A DNA stretch of 64,000 bases from Hyphochytrium catenoides (taxonomy: Eukaryota > Protista > Hyphochytriomycota), in NCBI GenBank assembly GCA_900088475.1, contig FLMG01000904.1, positions 62,001 to 126,000 of the forward strand, read 5' to 3'. The notes beneath the pieces are model-generated. The model was not told the DNA's origin. It ran no database searches and saw nothing but the letters and a program-made list of their open reading frames with translations. Made by a program: the position numbers and the translations under genes. Positions 47,928 through 61,000 of the stretch are shown here, piece after piece; position 1 is the stretch's first letter; each line of letters opens with the position of its first letter.

Positions 47928-48535
47928 ATGTCGCTTCTTACCTGTCGCGAGCTGACACGGATTCCCCTTGGCCTATTTCGTAGGCTACAGAACCGACCAT
48001 TTATTCGAAACTTAGGAGAGCGCGCTCCGCCGGTTCGTTGGGCCAGAGATCACTCCTCAACCTCGTCGTTCGGAACGCCCCTACATCCTTTGTCTGACGT
48101 CGTCCTTTCAAGAATAAGGCAGCTGAACAAGTCTTGGTTCCAAGAGGTGATGACTTCGGGCTTCAGCCTTCGCACTTATATAAGCGCTAATGACTTCACC
48201 CGTCCTGCCCGCTGTGAACCTAAGGATCAGGTCAAGGTCTATAAAGATGGAACATTTGAACTGGAAGTGATGTTACAAGGGCAAGACAACCCCACCATCA
48301 TCAAGACGTTCTACGATCTGGAGGACCGCAGTCATTATCTGCTATATCGAAGCTCGCTTCGACAGGGCGCTTTTACCCTCATGGATGGCACCAAGAACGC
48401 TTGGCAGCCCGCCTTTGACCACGGAAAGGTAAGGAGATTATCTCAATCCCTAAGCCTGCAGAGACCAAGTTACCTGTTACGATACAGATCATTCAAGCGG
48501 TCGACTCCCTGGCTGAAGAAATGGAGAAGGAGTAG
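47928..48535 (+). CDS. Small hypothetical protein with Arg-rich, mitochondrial-presequence-like N-terminus, three predicted exons
   Basis: MSLLTCRELTRIPLGLFRRLQNRPFIR leader; predicted introns about 48147-48224 and 48429-48487 give HPLSDVVL...DGTFEL...TFYD...HYL...LMDGTKNAW...IIQAVDSLAEEMEKE*; stop at 48533-48535. Confidence 0.65.
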
Positions 48536-48590
48536 CTCTTGGGTAACAATGATAGACAACCTGGCATTCTAGGCTTGGGCGATGGAATAT

Positions 48591-49455
48591 TTATTTCTTT
48601 AGGGGTTCGCACTCCAGACAGCAACGGGTATGATGCTCAACTCTGCTGGGGTTGTGGTGCTGTTCTCCTGTTTCTATACTGGACAGAGTTATCTGTTCCC
48701 AGGAGTCTCTATGTAGAAAGCTCAGGATATACATCCATAACTCTTTAGGTATATCCTGGTAGCTTTCTCCGACGGTCTCTTTAGCCGGTTCTATGATCTC
48801 TCCCAGAGCTTGAATTCCGTCGTTGTGGATTCCGTCTGTATGTGTTCGAGGCCAGGCGACGTGCACAAGCAAGAGGGTCCTCACCATGACCCGGAAAGTC
48901 CTTGGAAAGAGATGATGGTTATGTTCGCTCCAAGGCTCAGCTGCTTTATCTAGCACTTGGGCACAGCTATGAGATATAGCTTCCCGAGCGATATCTGCCG
49001 CGGTTTGTCCTGCTTTACTTCTGTCAAAGGGTGATGCGCCAAGTCGTAAAAGGATCCGCACAACGGCCTCGTCGTGGCCCCTAGCGGCATGCATCAGCAC
49101 CGTTTGTCCCTTGATATCCTTTCGACGAAGGTCAGCTCCTGCTTGCACCAGCTGCATGAGCACGTTCGGTGCGCGGGCAAACATGACTCCCGTCTCGCAA
49201 GAATCATTCGTTGCGTCTATCGACGCCCCATGTGATAGTAGAAGCGCGATTCCACCAGTGTTCCCTGCCGCTATCGCAGCCATCAAGGCTGTCCTTCCGC
49301 GACTGTAGCGGAAGTTCACATCCGCTCCGGCAGCGATGAGCTCCTTTGCGAGGTCGTTGCGACCTAGCAATGAAGATGTTATAAAGACGACACTCTTATC
49401 TACCGAAGAAGCATAGTGTTCATTCTTAACACTTACCAGTCTGTAGGCTGTGCAT
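48591..49455 (-). CDS. Ankyrin-repeat protein with C-terminal F-box/SOCS-like motif
   Basis: Ankyrin repeats GADVN...GRTALMAA, GASIDATN...ETGVMFA, GADLRRKDIKGQTVLMHAARGH, GQTAADIA; tail PWSEHNHHLFPRTFR...DIPKELWMYILSFLHRDSW. Short first exon inferred (ATG 49455). Confidence 0.85.
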
Positions 49456-49983
49456 AAGTTTGATGTTGATTGGGGATTGAGTCAGGGGTAAGCGTGGAAA
49501 GGGGACAATCCCAGAAGAGTTTCTTCTCCGCCATATTGCTGATCGAAAGCGATGTATTATCCTCGCATGCAAAGATCTTTTTCGGGCGATAGGGTGGCTA
49601 CCGATACTCATCGCTAGTCTAACAGTACGAACCGCACCTCTGGTCAAACTTCCGTCGCAGAGATCAGGCTAATGTCCTCTGTTTACCCTTAATACGGAGT
49701 CAAAGAGTCAAAAGCGAATTGCGGAACAGGTGGCGGAGTCGTTGGTCTTAATTGTCACGTTAGTGCATCATATGCAAGCTCATCACTCGACTTGCCCTGG
49801 GCCTGGAAGTGAGATCTGAAGGAGGATAGTAGCCGAAGGATGATGGCATTCCAGAGGTTGAAAGGAGGCGGGAACAGCTAATGGACAATCCGCCGAGGTC
49901 TCTCATCAGCGAAAGAAGCGCCGTATGAAGGAAGAAAGATAGCAGAGGAGGCGACGCGAAGCGAGGCGCAGAAAGAGGAGGAG

Positions 49984-50007
49984 GCAGCCGCAGCCGCAGC
50001 CGCAGCC

Positions 50008-50043
<36 letters not shown>
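49984..50043 (+). repeat. Compound microsatellite (GCAGCC)4(GCA)11
   Basis: Read directly from the sequence; lies between the ankyrin gene and the IQ/WW gene. Confidence 0.95.
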
Positions 50044-50780
50044 CTTCTTTGAGAATCCAAACCATCAACGGCTTCGTTGTCTCGAACATCGAATTGTAGT
50101 AATAATATCCGCTGATGCCGTATTCTCAATCCATAGTACCCTGGGGCTACAACATAGTAATATTTCCTACTGGGATATTATGCTCCGAAGCCGTTTCATC
50201 AGACCAAGACTCATCCGTTACCCAGGATATCTGTATTACCCATGTATCTATAACAAAGAGTAGAATGGAAGACAGCTTGAATGGGTGGGGCCCATGGGTT
50301 CGGAACATCATCCTGTTTTGCCTTGTGTCCTTTCATCGCTTCCTCCTCCCAACCAGTGCCTTCATTCGCTCGCAGCAGCACGGGTGAGGAGGACTAGCCC
50401 GCGATGCAGACAGGACGTCGGGCAAGGCACAGCGCAGGTCGTAAAGACTTGAGTACGGGGATGAGCAAGTGGAAAGGCGCCATGGCTGCGGGGAAACGTA
50501 GAATATTAGGACAGTGTAAACATGATGGCATCACACCTAATGTAAGCTTCATAGTCAGCCCAGCATCAGCAGCACGGGCGGCTCACTTTCCTCGGCGCCA
50601 TTGCCTGGTTGACCATGAGGGAGATTAGCGAGGTTGATAAGTGCATATTGGGGTCCAGGGACCACAACGTGTGGAAAGAGATAGTGCTATTTGGTGTGGC
50701 TCTGACAATATGACTACTTCATGAGCCCAGTGATGTGAGCCACACAGAAGCCTAGGTGAAGCACCTGGAAGTGAGGGAGG

Positions 50781-53700
50781 ATGTTGCCAGCTATTCCAGT
50801 GTCCTCCAAGAATCAGGACGACTCAGAGATCCGGCCGCACCATGAACCACTCTCGTAAGTCTTTTGGGCTGTAGCAAGGTGGACAAGAGACCGACAGAAT
50901 GAGAAGATAAGAGCGCAAACCCTCATTCACTGCACTTCTACAGCCCAGGCAAGAAGAAAGCCCCCAACAGGCACGACAAGATGTCAGCTGAATGGCTTCT
51001 GGACAAGGACTTCCAACGCCGGGGTGCACAATTGCGAAGAGAGGTGGAGCAGAAGAAGAGGGAGATATCGCCTGACACGGCGGCAACTTTTGTCCATGGT
51101 CGTAACACAGCTTTCATAGATCGGCATTCAGAAGAGAAATGGAAGAATATTATGCTCCTGGTAGGGTCCTCCTGATCTCCTTTCTCTCTTTCTATTCTTG
51201 GGCCTTGTCACATCTGGCGTCAATCATGACTCTTATACTTCACGACGACCGTCTCTTATAGTAATGAACTTGGTTGCCAAAGGACGCTTCTCGTCCATAG
51301 GCAGTATCTTCTTTTGACGACTCCTTCTGCCTAACGTTCAAGTTGACTTTGCCCATCCCCTACTACGTCTTGTAGTGCAGTCTCTTGGACTGTTCACTCC
51401 TTACTGCCCGTGTGCTTTTGCTTTCACTGCAAGATGAGGCTTCCTAAAACCTATCACTAACTGCAAGTTCGCTAGCATCCGTATCTGAATAAAGGCCCTC
51501 GCAGGAAAGTCTCCCTTGGTGGGACGCCCAATGTAAGTGCTTCAAAGATGTGGGGGTACAAAGGCCGCCAAGAGGAGTAAAGTGTCGAAGAATCAGAATG
51601 AGGCTGAGGGTTGGGAAGGAAGAAATGAGAAAGAGCTAGCACAGGAAGCGACAAGAGTACAGAGAAAGGGACAACAGCTAAAAGAATCATAGGTCAGGGT
51701 TCCAAGGGAGCTAACACTCCCTTACCCCTTCAGGGCCTCTTCGAGCAGTTCTCCAAAGCGGAATCAAAACCAAAGATGCGCTCAGCACGCTTCTCAACGG
51801 TGATGCGACTTGCCTTTGGTCTAGATCCGACTGGAAGTGACCAGCAACACACACATGGAAGAGGAGGCGAAGAGGCATATCGGGGACGACCCGGAGTAGA
51901 AGAAGAGGACTACCGGCAGCAGGAGTGGGGGAGAGCGGAGGCCCGACATTACCTTCACAAGTATTTAGAAGCTGCAGACGTGTCCGACAATGAGACCATC
52001 GTTCAGCAGGATCAACTCGACTGGCGAGCTTTCATCTGCATACTGAGGTACTGTTTGCACGCCATCTTTCTAATTTCTAGAGGCCGTGCNNNNNNNNNNN
52101 NNNNNNNNNNNNNNNNNNNNNNNNNNNNNNNNNNNNNNNNNNNNNNNNNNNNNNNNNNNNNNNNNNNNCCGACTCTTTCCTTGCGCGAAGCGCTTCTCTG
52201 GTTCTTCTGTGTCTACGCCTCGGAAACATTTCTGAATCTTGAAGAAATCAGCAAAGGAGTGATCGCCAGGTATTGTCCCTTTCATCCTCCAAGACTTGGC
52301 GTGTTCCAGGCTCGTGTTTGCCTTCAACCTGAGTTTGTCTCCTTTAGTCTTAAAATGTTGAGTTCTTGCTTACGTTGCATTTTAAACTGATTTCCTCATC
52401 ATCTGCACCTACCGACCGCTCTTGCGATGTTACCCCGTGAGCAGCGGTAACGCGGATGGTGTCCATGACTACTCTACATCTATGGTGCCCTTGCTTCGCT
52501 TATGATTCCCTTCCCTTCTGTCCACGCACCATTTTATTCGCTGACTACAGAGAAAGGGTTGAAGTCATTTGCAAAATCCTGCTGGGCAGCACAAAGCAGA
52601 AGGAGGCTCTCATGGCACAGGTGCACTGTAGGCCTCTGCACTGTCAAACTCAAAAGACGGACCTTGAACGTTACTCTCCCTTACGCCCCATCATATACAA
52701 CATACCTTCTACATATCTCGTCATAGCTTTGACCAAAGATCTGTCTTCCCTTCTGGTCGTCTTCGCTCCATCGAGATAGGTGGAAGAGGGCTGGCAGCAC
52801 GTGTATGCAAGCATCAAGAACCCGCCAAAAGACCTCACAACGAGGACCAGCTATCGCGTTTTTGTGACTTTGCTAGAATCTCCACCGTTAAAGAGGCTTC
52901 TAGGTTCTGGGACCAACGATGGTACGGTCCCAAAGATGGCCGACTATTTTAGTCCAGAGCTCAGGTATCGTCCCAGCCGTCACCTGAAACAGTTTATAAC
53001 CCTATCTGTTTTTTATTCGTGCTCTTGCTGGCCAGGCCGGGTGGTCTCTATGTCTTCTCTCCTATGTTGGTCTCCTTGCATGCGTGGCCTCTTCCTTCTG
53101 CACTCGTTCCTGTCCTTCGGCAGCTCTACGTCGTTCTCATGAGTTATGTCTGCTCATTGGTCCTAGTTCATCTCAAACCTTTCCTTGCTTTTGCCCTTCT
53201 TTCCAACGTTTCCCTATTCACATTCAAGCTGTCTGCGCACTTGAGCTATCTTTGTTTACCTGGGATTGCATAAATTCGCCCAATATGTCTGATGAGCGGG
53301 TTTCTGGTATTTTCTGCTTGACGTTTCTATCAGGTGCCTGTTCAGAGCGTGACTCCTTTCTTGTTGTACGTGTAGGAGGTTTATAGCCAGAAAAGTTCGC
53401 CGGTCCTACAACCTTGCCAATGCTGCTAAACTTCAGGTGGATTTTTGTTGCAGAAAAGTAAAGACGGTAGGTATTGGGGAGTCTGTCGCCGACGAGTGCT
53501 CAGGGTTAGACGAAGTAAAGTCTCAGTGGGTTAAACTTCGCTAGACTATGCTAGGCGCTTGAAAGGAAAGGGTAGGAAGAGCGATAAGTGGTGGAAGTGA
53601 TACCCTATTATGGGACTTTTAACTTTGCCACAACAGTCCTTCAGTCACTGGCGGTATATCACCATCATAAGGCGGAAAGCTCGAAAACGTGTGACGAACG

Positions 53701-56547
53701 TTGTCGCACGTTACGACCTGGAAAACAAGTACCGTGCTTTCCAGTTATGGAAGCGATTCACTGTCACGATCGTGAGCACATGCGAGATCCAGGTTCTCTA
53801 ATCCCTGCGTTGCCCTTCCTTTGCCACTTTGTCACTGCTTAGCGATAGCTCCTATGCCACTTGAACTTTCTGATGACCTCTCAAGGATCTTACCTCTGTT
53901 TTTGCCATCCACTACTTAGCGAATTATTCGTGGATTCTTGGGCCGTAGAAGGGCTGAAGACGTGGCTTTAGGGGAGCGTTATGCCCTTGTCATACAAAGA
54001 GTCTTCAGAGGACACATAGGTAGACGGCGGTTTCATGCCATAGGAGACAGACGGATTGCTGCCGCGATCAAAATCCAGGTCAGAGGCGGTCCATCTCCTG
54101 GCAAACAAAGGTCTAGAGGACCCCGGTATGAGGACCTTACCAATGGCTGTCTTAGAGTTTCTTCCGAGGACACTTGGGGCGCATGAGGGCAACTCGGCAG
54201 CTGTATAGAGTCGTAAGAAGAGAGAGAGCCCTACTGAAGAAAAAGATTCAAACCTACAAAGACGATGTGATGCTTCAAGCCACAAGAAGAATCCAGGTAA
54301 CAATTTCCCCTCTTAAGACGCAGGGACATAGTTAGCTCAATGAGGCGACACATATTTTTTGACGTATGGGGCTATGCCTGTAGAAATCTTATCGAGCCTA
54401 CGTGGCCAGAGTTCATGCGAAAGCGGAACTGGAAAGGAAAATCGCCGAGCAAAAGGTTTGACTGTCTTCAACCGTATCCTTACGCTCTGCCCCATTGAGA
54501 ACTTGAGCATCCTGCTACACATAGGCCATTGAAGAGCTGGAGCGGCAGAGGGCGGATTTAGAAGAGCGAAAGCGTCTGTGCAAGCTCCAATTGATAACGG
54601 TAATTGTCTGAGTGATACGACTCCTTCTTGAGTAGGCCAGTCTAACCTGTCTGAGGTCTCCATGCGCACTTACGCCTTGTATCCTAATACGTCAGGAGTA
54701 TGAGCAGCGTAAAGCCAAGGAGCGCGAGGAAGAGCTACAGCGCGAGAAGAATAGGAATGACAAGGCGAAGATTCTTCGACTTCGCAGGAAGTTAGCTTGG
54801 GAGGAGGTAAAACCGCTTCGAGCAGAACTATTCCTTAAAGCGACCTCACCTCGGTGCTGCCTAACAGAGACTAGAGAAGGAGGAAGAGGAAAGAGCAAGA
54901 GAGGCTGAAATAGATAGACAGCGTCAGGAGAAATGGAAAGAAGGTAGTGTCTCGTACCTTGCCTGGCTGATGTCTTCTTAGGTGTCTGATGTATACTCCT
55001 TCTGCGAAAAGAATGGGAAGAGAAAATAGAGTTCGAAGCTACTTCAGAGCGGAAGCGGCTGGAGAACCTGTTAAAGTATGGTTCAGCAATAACTAGACAT
55101 CAAGAGGAGAGACAGAAGATCTTGTCCGATATCCAAGAGCGTTATAAGAACGAAGTGAGAAGAATGGAGGTGAATAAGGAGTATATCAACGACGGGCTAG
55201 AAGAGAAGAAAGCCAAAGAGTTTATTCTGGACGGTCTGGTGGAGGCCAAACGAGAGTAAGGATTTTTGTCACTCATTCTCCTTCAAGACGTACCCCATCC
55301 TGCAGAGTCGGTCGTTAATCGTCTCAGCTCTTCTATCCACCTTTCAACAAGAGCGGGTACAACTCTTCTTACCTGCTGTTGACTGTGATACAGAACGCTC
55401 CGGAAGGAGTGGGCAGCAGTAGAAGCAGACTACCAGACAAAACGGAAGGCTGAAGCAGAGAGAGTGGCGGTAAGGCTCGCATGTACTTACAGACTGATGC
55501 TTGGCACTTACTTTTGACACCGTACCGTTAGAAAATAAAAGAAGCACAACATGAGAGGAAGAAGCTGGCAGGCATCACCCAGTGTCAATCTCTGGTTAGG
55601 AGGTATAGAATCAGGAAGATGTTCCGGGAACGGCTTCTCTCCGTCTACGCCAAGCGTTTGGACCCTGAAACACGGTACGCACATCACCAGCGAGACCAAG
55701 GGACATGAGAGGACTGAATACAGATCAAAGAATAGCTCTACAACATCCCCTGTACTGCCACGCTCCCTGTATTTTCTCTCATGCATTCAATATCCCCCTT
55801 GCATTCTTAACTCAACACCTAACTCGACTCACGGCACATTTGCCCTTTGAAGGAGATGGTACTATCTCAACAATGAAAGTGGCACCTCTCGATGGTCTAG
55901 ACCTTTCTCATTCATTGAGGTACCTATAAAAGGGCCTGATAACTGGGTGAAGCTGGAAGATGCCATGGGTAAGGAGCTACATCATCTGCTTTATTATAGG
56001 AAAGTAACTCACTCGACTAATATTTCAAGGTAATCCCTACTGGGTTCACGAGGACACTGAAGAACATCGCTGGAACGACCCAAATCTTATGTCTCAACCT
56101 GCTTCGGTAGCACTAGGTCAGCCACCTCCAGCGCCAGGCTTTGGGCCGTGGGCAGGCGTATATCCTGCCATGGCACCTATTTTGGGCATTCCTCCCCCCA
56201 TCATGGTACCTATACCAACAAGCTTCCCTGGAACAGCCTTCGTCCCAAGCTTTCACTTTCCAACAGCTCTTCCGTTCCAGCATCAAGGCGCTATGGACTT
56301 CTACCGGGGTCACATTCAGCTCTACGGGCAACCAGGATTAGCACCGGGAGGACTTGCACAAACCCCACCTTCCTATCCCTCATTTATAATGCCTGCTGCA
56401 TTCCAGCCCCACACGCCATTACCGCAGCAGTCACTGGAATACCCTTCCTATACCCAGTTCCAGGACAATTCATCTTCCTTTGAGATGCAGGCACCGCTCG
56501 AAGGCGAACAGAATGCAAGTCAAAATGTATCTTATCATGGAAAATAG
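50781..56547 (+). CDS. IQ-motif, coiled-coil and WW-domain protein with Pro-rich tail, multi-exon
   Basis: IQ motifs IQRVFRGHIGRRRF, IQSFFRGHLGRMR, IQKSYRAYVARV; Glu/Lys/Arg-rich coiled-coil exons at about 54.4-55.7 kb; WW-like NWVKLEDAMGNPYWVHEDTEEHRWNDP (55941-56083); inferred start MLPAIPV at 50781. N gap 52090-52168. Confidence 0.7.
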
Positions 56548-58030
56548 AGCAGATAAAGGGTCTTTCATGGGGACCCCGGCGACAATCGTCCTAACTTACA
56601 ACTATAAACGGCTCAGACCTTGGGTCCGCAGGTCTGACAACACTAGGCTTGTAAAAAGTACTAAAGCCGTCCTTCTAGTGCTAGGAATGTAGAACACACA
56701 TACGTTCCATGAAAGCCTATTAAATAACCAGGAGAGGACCTACTCGATCGTTATCCTGCCTTGTATAGAAGAATTGCAAGCTTCCCATGATAGAAGAAGA
56801 TAAACTGCTTGTTCTCATGCGTGAAGGCACTTTTAAAACCTGAGCCGACGATGCAATGCCAGGTAGGGCCGTATTTGCTGTCGAAATGTGTCTACGGGAG
56901 GAAAGGATGAGACAAGGTAACCACCGGAGAGCACGATTGTGTACTGCAAAAAAGTACCTTGATGTGCTTGGAGATGTCCCTCTCCTGGGTGTATTGCTCG
57001 CAAGCTGCAGCGGCTACCTGTAGCGCATCGTTCTGAAAGACACTTAGCAATACCTTATACAAAATGTCAACGTGAGGTCGGTAATACCTTCATATCGCTG
57101 TGTTCGTCCACTGTAACGTAGACCACAGAAGAGTAACATAGATTCAATTCGGTGTTAGTACAGGGTAAGTTCAGGACAGGGAAGCAGGGCCCTTACTGTC
57201 AGACTGAACCTTTGCCGCAGGGTTGATCGTCATTGTTCTTTATGCAGGATGGACCAGCTAGAGCTTGGTAGGCCTTATGCCAGGAACCGGAAACTAGTTA
57301 CTGGGTCCTCCCCAGATGAAGAGCAGCGAGCAACGTTGGTATTGCTATTTATATCTGGGTCTCGACAAGCTTAGCTTGCTCTATCTGCGCAGGAATGCGA
57401 TAATAATCTCTTTCCACCCTTCTCTCCTTGACATCAGCTCACTCCAGCTCGGGCTGTTCTGACGGGACGATGATGATGGTGCCTCACACAAACCCCACCA
57501 GGCGCAGCTCAATAAACAGCTCAATGCGGCGCATCGCGTCGCTTCATCACTCTCATCACAAACTCCCACTCCAAGAACTGCAGAACTAAGATCTGAGCCC
57601 TATTATTGGCAATAATCAAAGAAACTGGTTCTTATCAGATCAGTTCAGTAACTAGTCAGCCATCTCTTGAAGCGCCAAACCCCGGAAAAGTAATAATACG
57701 CCTCCGTGTGTTACCCCTGATAGCCCTACTCACCCAGTAGTAGTAGTCCCTGGCTAGTTTGAATTTTCGATTTCGTCCTCAGGCACAACGGGTGTGGACG
57801 AAGTATTCCGAGGTCAAAACTCCAGAAGAAATGAGTTTGTCCATCGTCAATCTGAAGATTGACATCGCCGCTCCATCAGAACTCGATCTATATGGTGCAG
57901 TTCGTTCAGCAGTCGCCGTGGAGCTTTCATTGGTGTTTTGGTGCGATCACGTGGATTGAAAACGGTTATTGAAGCTAGTTGTTGCTCTGATAGAAGTCCG
58001 ATAGGACTCCTGACCTCTCACAAGAAGAGG

Positions 58031-61000
58031 ATGGAGCCTGAAGGAGGCGCAATGGATGTTGAAAAGGTCATTCGGCGTTGCATCAGCCAACTCTTAAACG
58101 GTTGAGGACTCACTTGTCACGTTTGTACAGGGAACCATGCCCGGGCGAAGAGAACGTCTCTTGATAACCAAGGTAAACTCGTACTCGTCACCGTCCACCT
58201 TGGACATACTGAACTTAGGCATGCTTCGCAGATGGTGCTAGAGAACTTCAAGTCATACGCAGGGGAACGCGAAATAGGCCCTTTTCACAAAAAGTTCTCT
58301 TCCATTGTTGGCCCGAATGGCAGCGGAAAATCGAACGTCATTGATGCTCTCCTCTTTGTGTTTGGAAAGAGAGCGAAGAAGCTTCGACTGAATAAGGTAT
58401 CGGAACTCATCCACAACTCAGAGAACCACAAGAATCTTGACTTTGCGCGGTAGGACTGGCTCGTTTTGGTCCATACTTTGCATTGTCTTACAGCTCTCCA
58501 ATCAGCGTCTCTGTTCATTTCTGTGAGATAGTAGATCATGAGGAGGACGAGGACAATTACGAGGTCGTTTCAGGATCGGAATTTGTAGTCTCCCGCGTCG
58601 CCTTCAAGAACAATCAGTCCAAATACCTCCTTAACGGCAAGAACAGCAGCTTTACTGAAGTCACAGAATTATTAAAGGAAAAAGGCATTGACCTGGACAA
58701 CAACCGCTTTCTTATCTTACAGGTATGAGTCTTGCTACAAACGTTCGCACGAATCGATCTGATAGATGGTATTAGGGTGAGGTTGAGCAAATCGCCATGA
58801 TGAAGCCCATCGCACAGAACCCTCATGAAGAGGGGCTGCTAGAGTACTTAGAAGACATTATTGGTTCCAATCGTTACGTGCCAGATATTGAGACTGCTGG
58901 AAACGAGCTACAACAGCTGGATGAGCAAAGGGTAGAACGTCTCAACCGCGTGAAGGTAGGGCCCCGTCTCTTTGAGTTAGCTCCCGGTCTGCGCCTCGAT
59001 ACTTGCTTTGGGAACACTCATCGTCTGTCCTAGGTCGTCGAGAAGGAGAAAGACGGTTTGGAGGGGGCAAAGCTGGAGGCTGAACAGGTCCTCTGTACAG
59101 ACTTGGAGTTGACCCGCACAATGAACGTTCTCTTCCAAATCTACGTCCATGAAGCCCAGCAGGTCATAGAGAAGGTTCAAGAAAAGCATGATAAGGTTTG
59201 GGGCTTGGCTTACACTTTACCATTATCCTTCTTTTGAAGTTACAAAATCTTTCATCTGTTGTTGCTCCTTGGTCGAGTGCAGCTCAGTGAAAAGAAGTCC
59301 TATGAAGAAGAGAAGCTGGGGAAACATCTGAAGGAATTAGAAGAGAAGGAGAAAGCCTACAATGAAGCGGTCAAGTCCCTTGAACTGGTCACTGAGACGA
59401 TGAACAAGGCCAAAACCGAGTTTGTTGCTTTTGAGCGAAAGGACATCAAGTATCGTGAGGATATCAAGCATACCAAGGTATTGCGTTAAGTTGAGAAGAA
59501 TTCCTTGACCCCACATAGCAGACGATATGGCTGACTTGGCTGGGATAGGCTCAGATTGAGAAGATAAAGGCAACAATTAAGAAAGAGGAGCAGAAGGCCG
59601 GGAGTGCGAAGAAGAAGAAAGCAGAGTTGGAAAAGTCCATACCCTCTCTCGAGGAGGCAGTCGAGGATAACAAGGCCCGTATCCAGGCAGAAGAGAAAGT
59701 TCTAGACAAAATAATGGACACCCTCAAGGATAAAACGGAGAGCCTTAGAGCCCAGCTCGAGCAGCTGCAAGTGCAGGCAAAACCCTATCACCAAGCCGTA
59801 AATGATCTCGAATCTAAGGTTTTAACAACAACTACGGAGATCGAATTAGTTGAAGCGGTAGGCTTCTTTGTTGTGCGCGTTGACAAAAAACACTGTTCGC
59901 TAAGATGCGTTTTACAGCCCACTACCGCAGCCAAGCGGGAGTTGTCCGAAGCCGAGGCAGCCCTCCAAGAAGCCATCGAAAATGACAAAATGCAGGAGGC
60001 ACAGCTAAAGAAGCTCAAAAACGGTAGCTTAATATGGAGAGTCACCTTAATTTTCTCAACTTAACGTTCTGGCCTTGGGTGTACTCCCTCTAGATCTGGA
60101 GAAGAGCCGCACCAGAGCCATTGAGGTCGCAGATCTGCTGGATAGAACAGTATCCGAAGAGCAAGCCCTTGAAAAGGTAAGGGATGTAGTGTTTATCTCC
60201 AATGCAGCTCTCACACCTTAGGGCAGGAAGCACAAGGGTTGAGCTCCAAGCTCGAGGAGGCCAAGGCAGCGCATCAAAGCTCGTCGCAAAGAGGAGATAT
60301 GCTTCGCGCTCTCCTTCTGGCAAAGAAAAAGAATGGGCCGCTTGAAAGGTATGCTTCCAGTATCCTTTCCTTGTAACTCCGCCCTGAATCTGTTACATTT
60401 TTGAACAACAGGGCGGGGCTTGCAGGAAGACTGGGGGACCTAGGAGCCATTGATAGCAAGTATGATGTCGCCATTTCCACCGGTTGCGCTGCGCTAGACT
60501 ATTTGGTAGTAGAGACCACCCACGGAGCGCAAATGTGCGTGAAGTATCTACGGGACAATAATCTTGGCAGAGCAACCTTTATCATCCTGGAGCAGCTTCG
60601 GTACCTTGAGCCCCATATGAACAAATCCATTTCTATTCCTCCAGGTACATATTATTGTGAAGAGCGTGCCAGGTTTAGTCAACGTACTGGACAGTTGAAT
60701 TAAGGGATATCATTGCTAACTAAGATGTATTTGCTAATCTGACGGTCAAGTCGTGCTAGCTTAACGGACGCTGGAGTTCTGATGGGTACTAATCCCTTTC
60801 GCTCTTCTAGGAGTTTCAAGACTCTTCGACTTAGTTCAAGTACGCGATCAGAAGTATCGAATTGCTTTCTACTTTGCACTCCGCAACACTCTGGTAGCCA
60901 AGGACTTGGACCAAGCAGTTTCTATAGCGTACCAGGGCAACAAGGTCAGAAACAAAATGTTGATTTTATCCTTCATCGCCCAGTTTAAATCTGACGTTCT

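Noticed and set aside
49760-50129. Poly-Ala / poly-Leu ORFs over the microsatellite
   Set aside because: Short frames kept open by the GCA repeat; no convincing start, splice context or domain.
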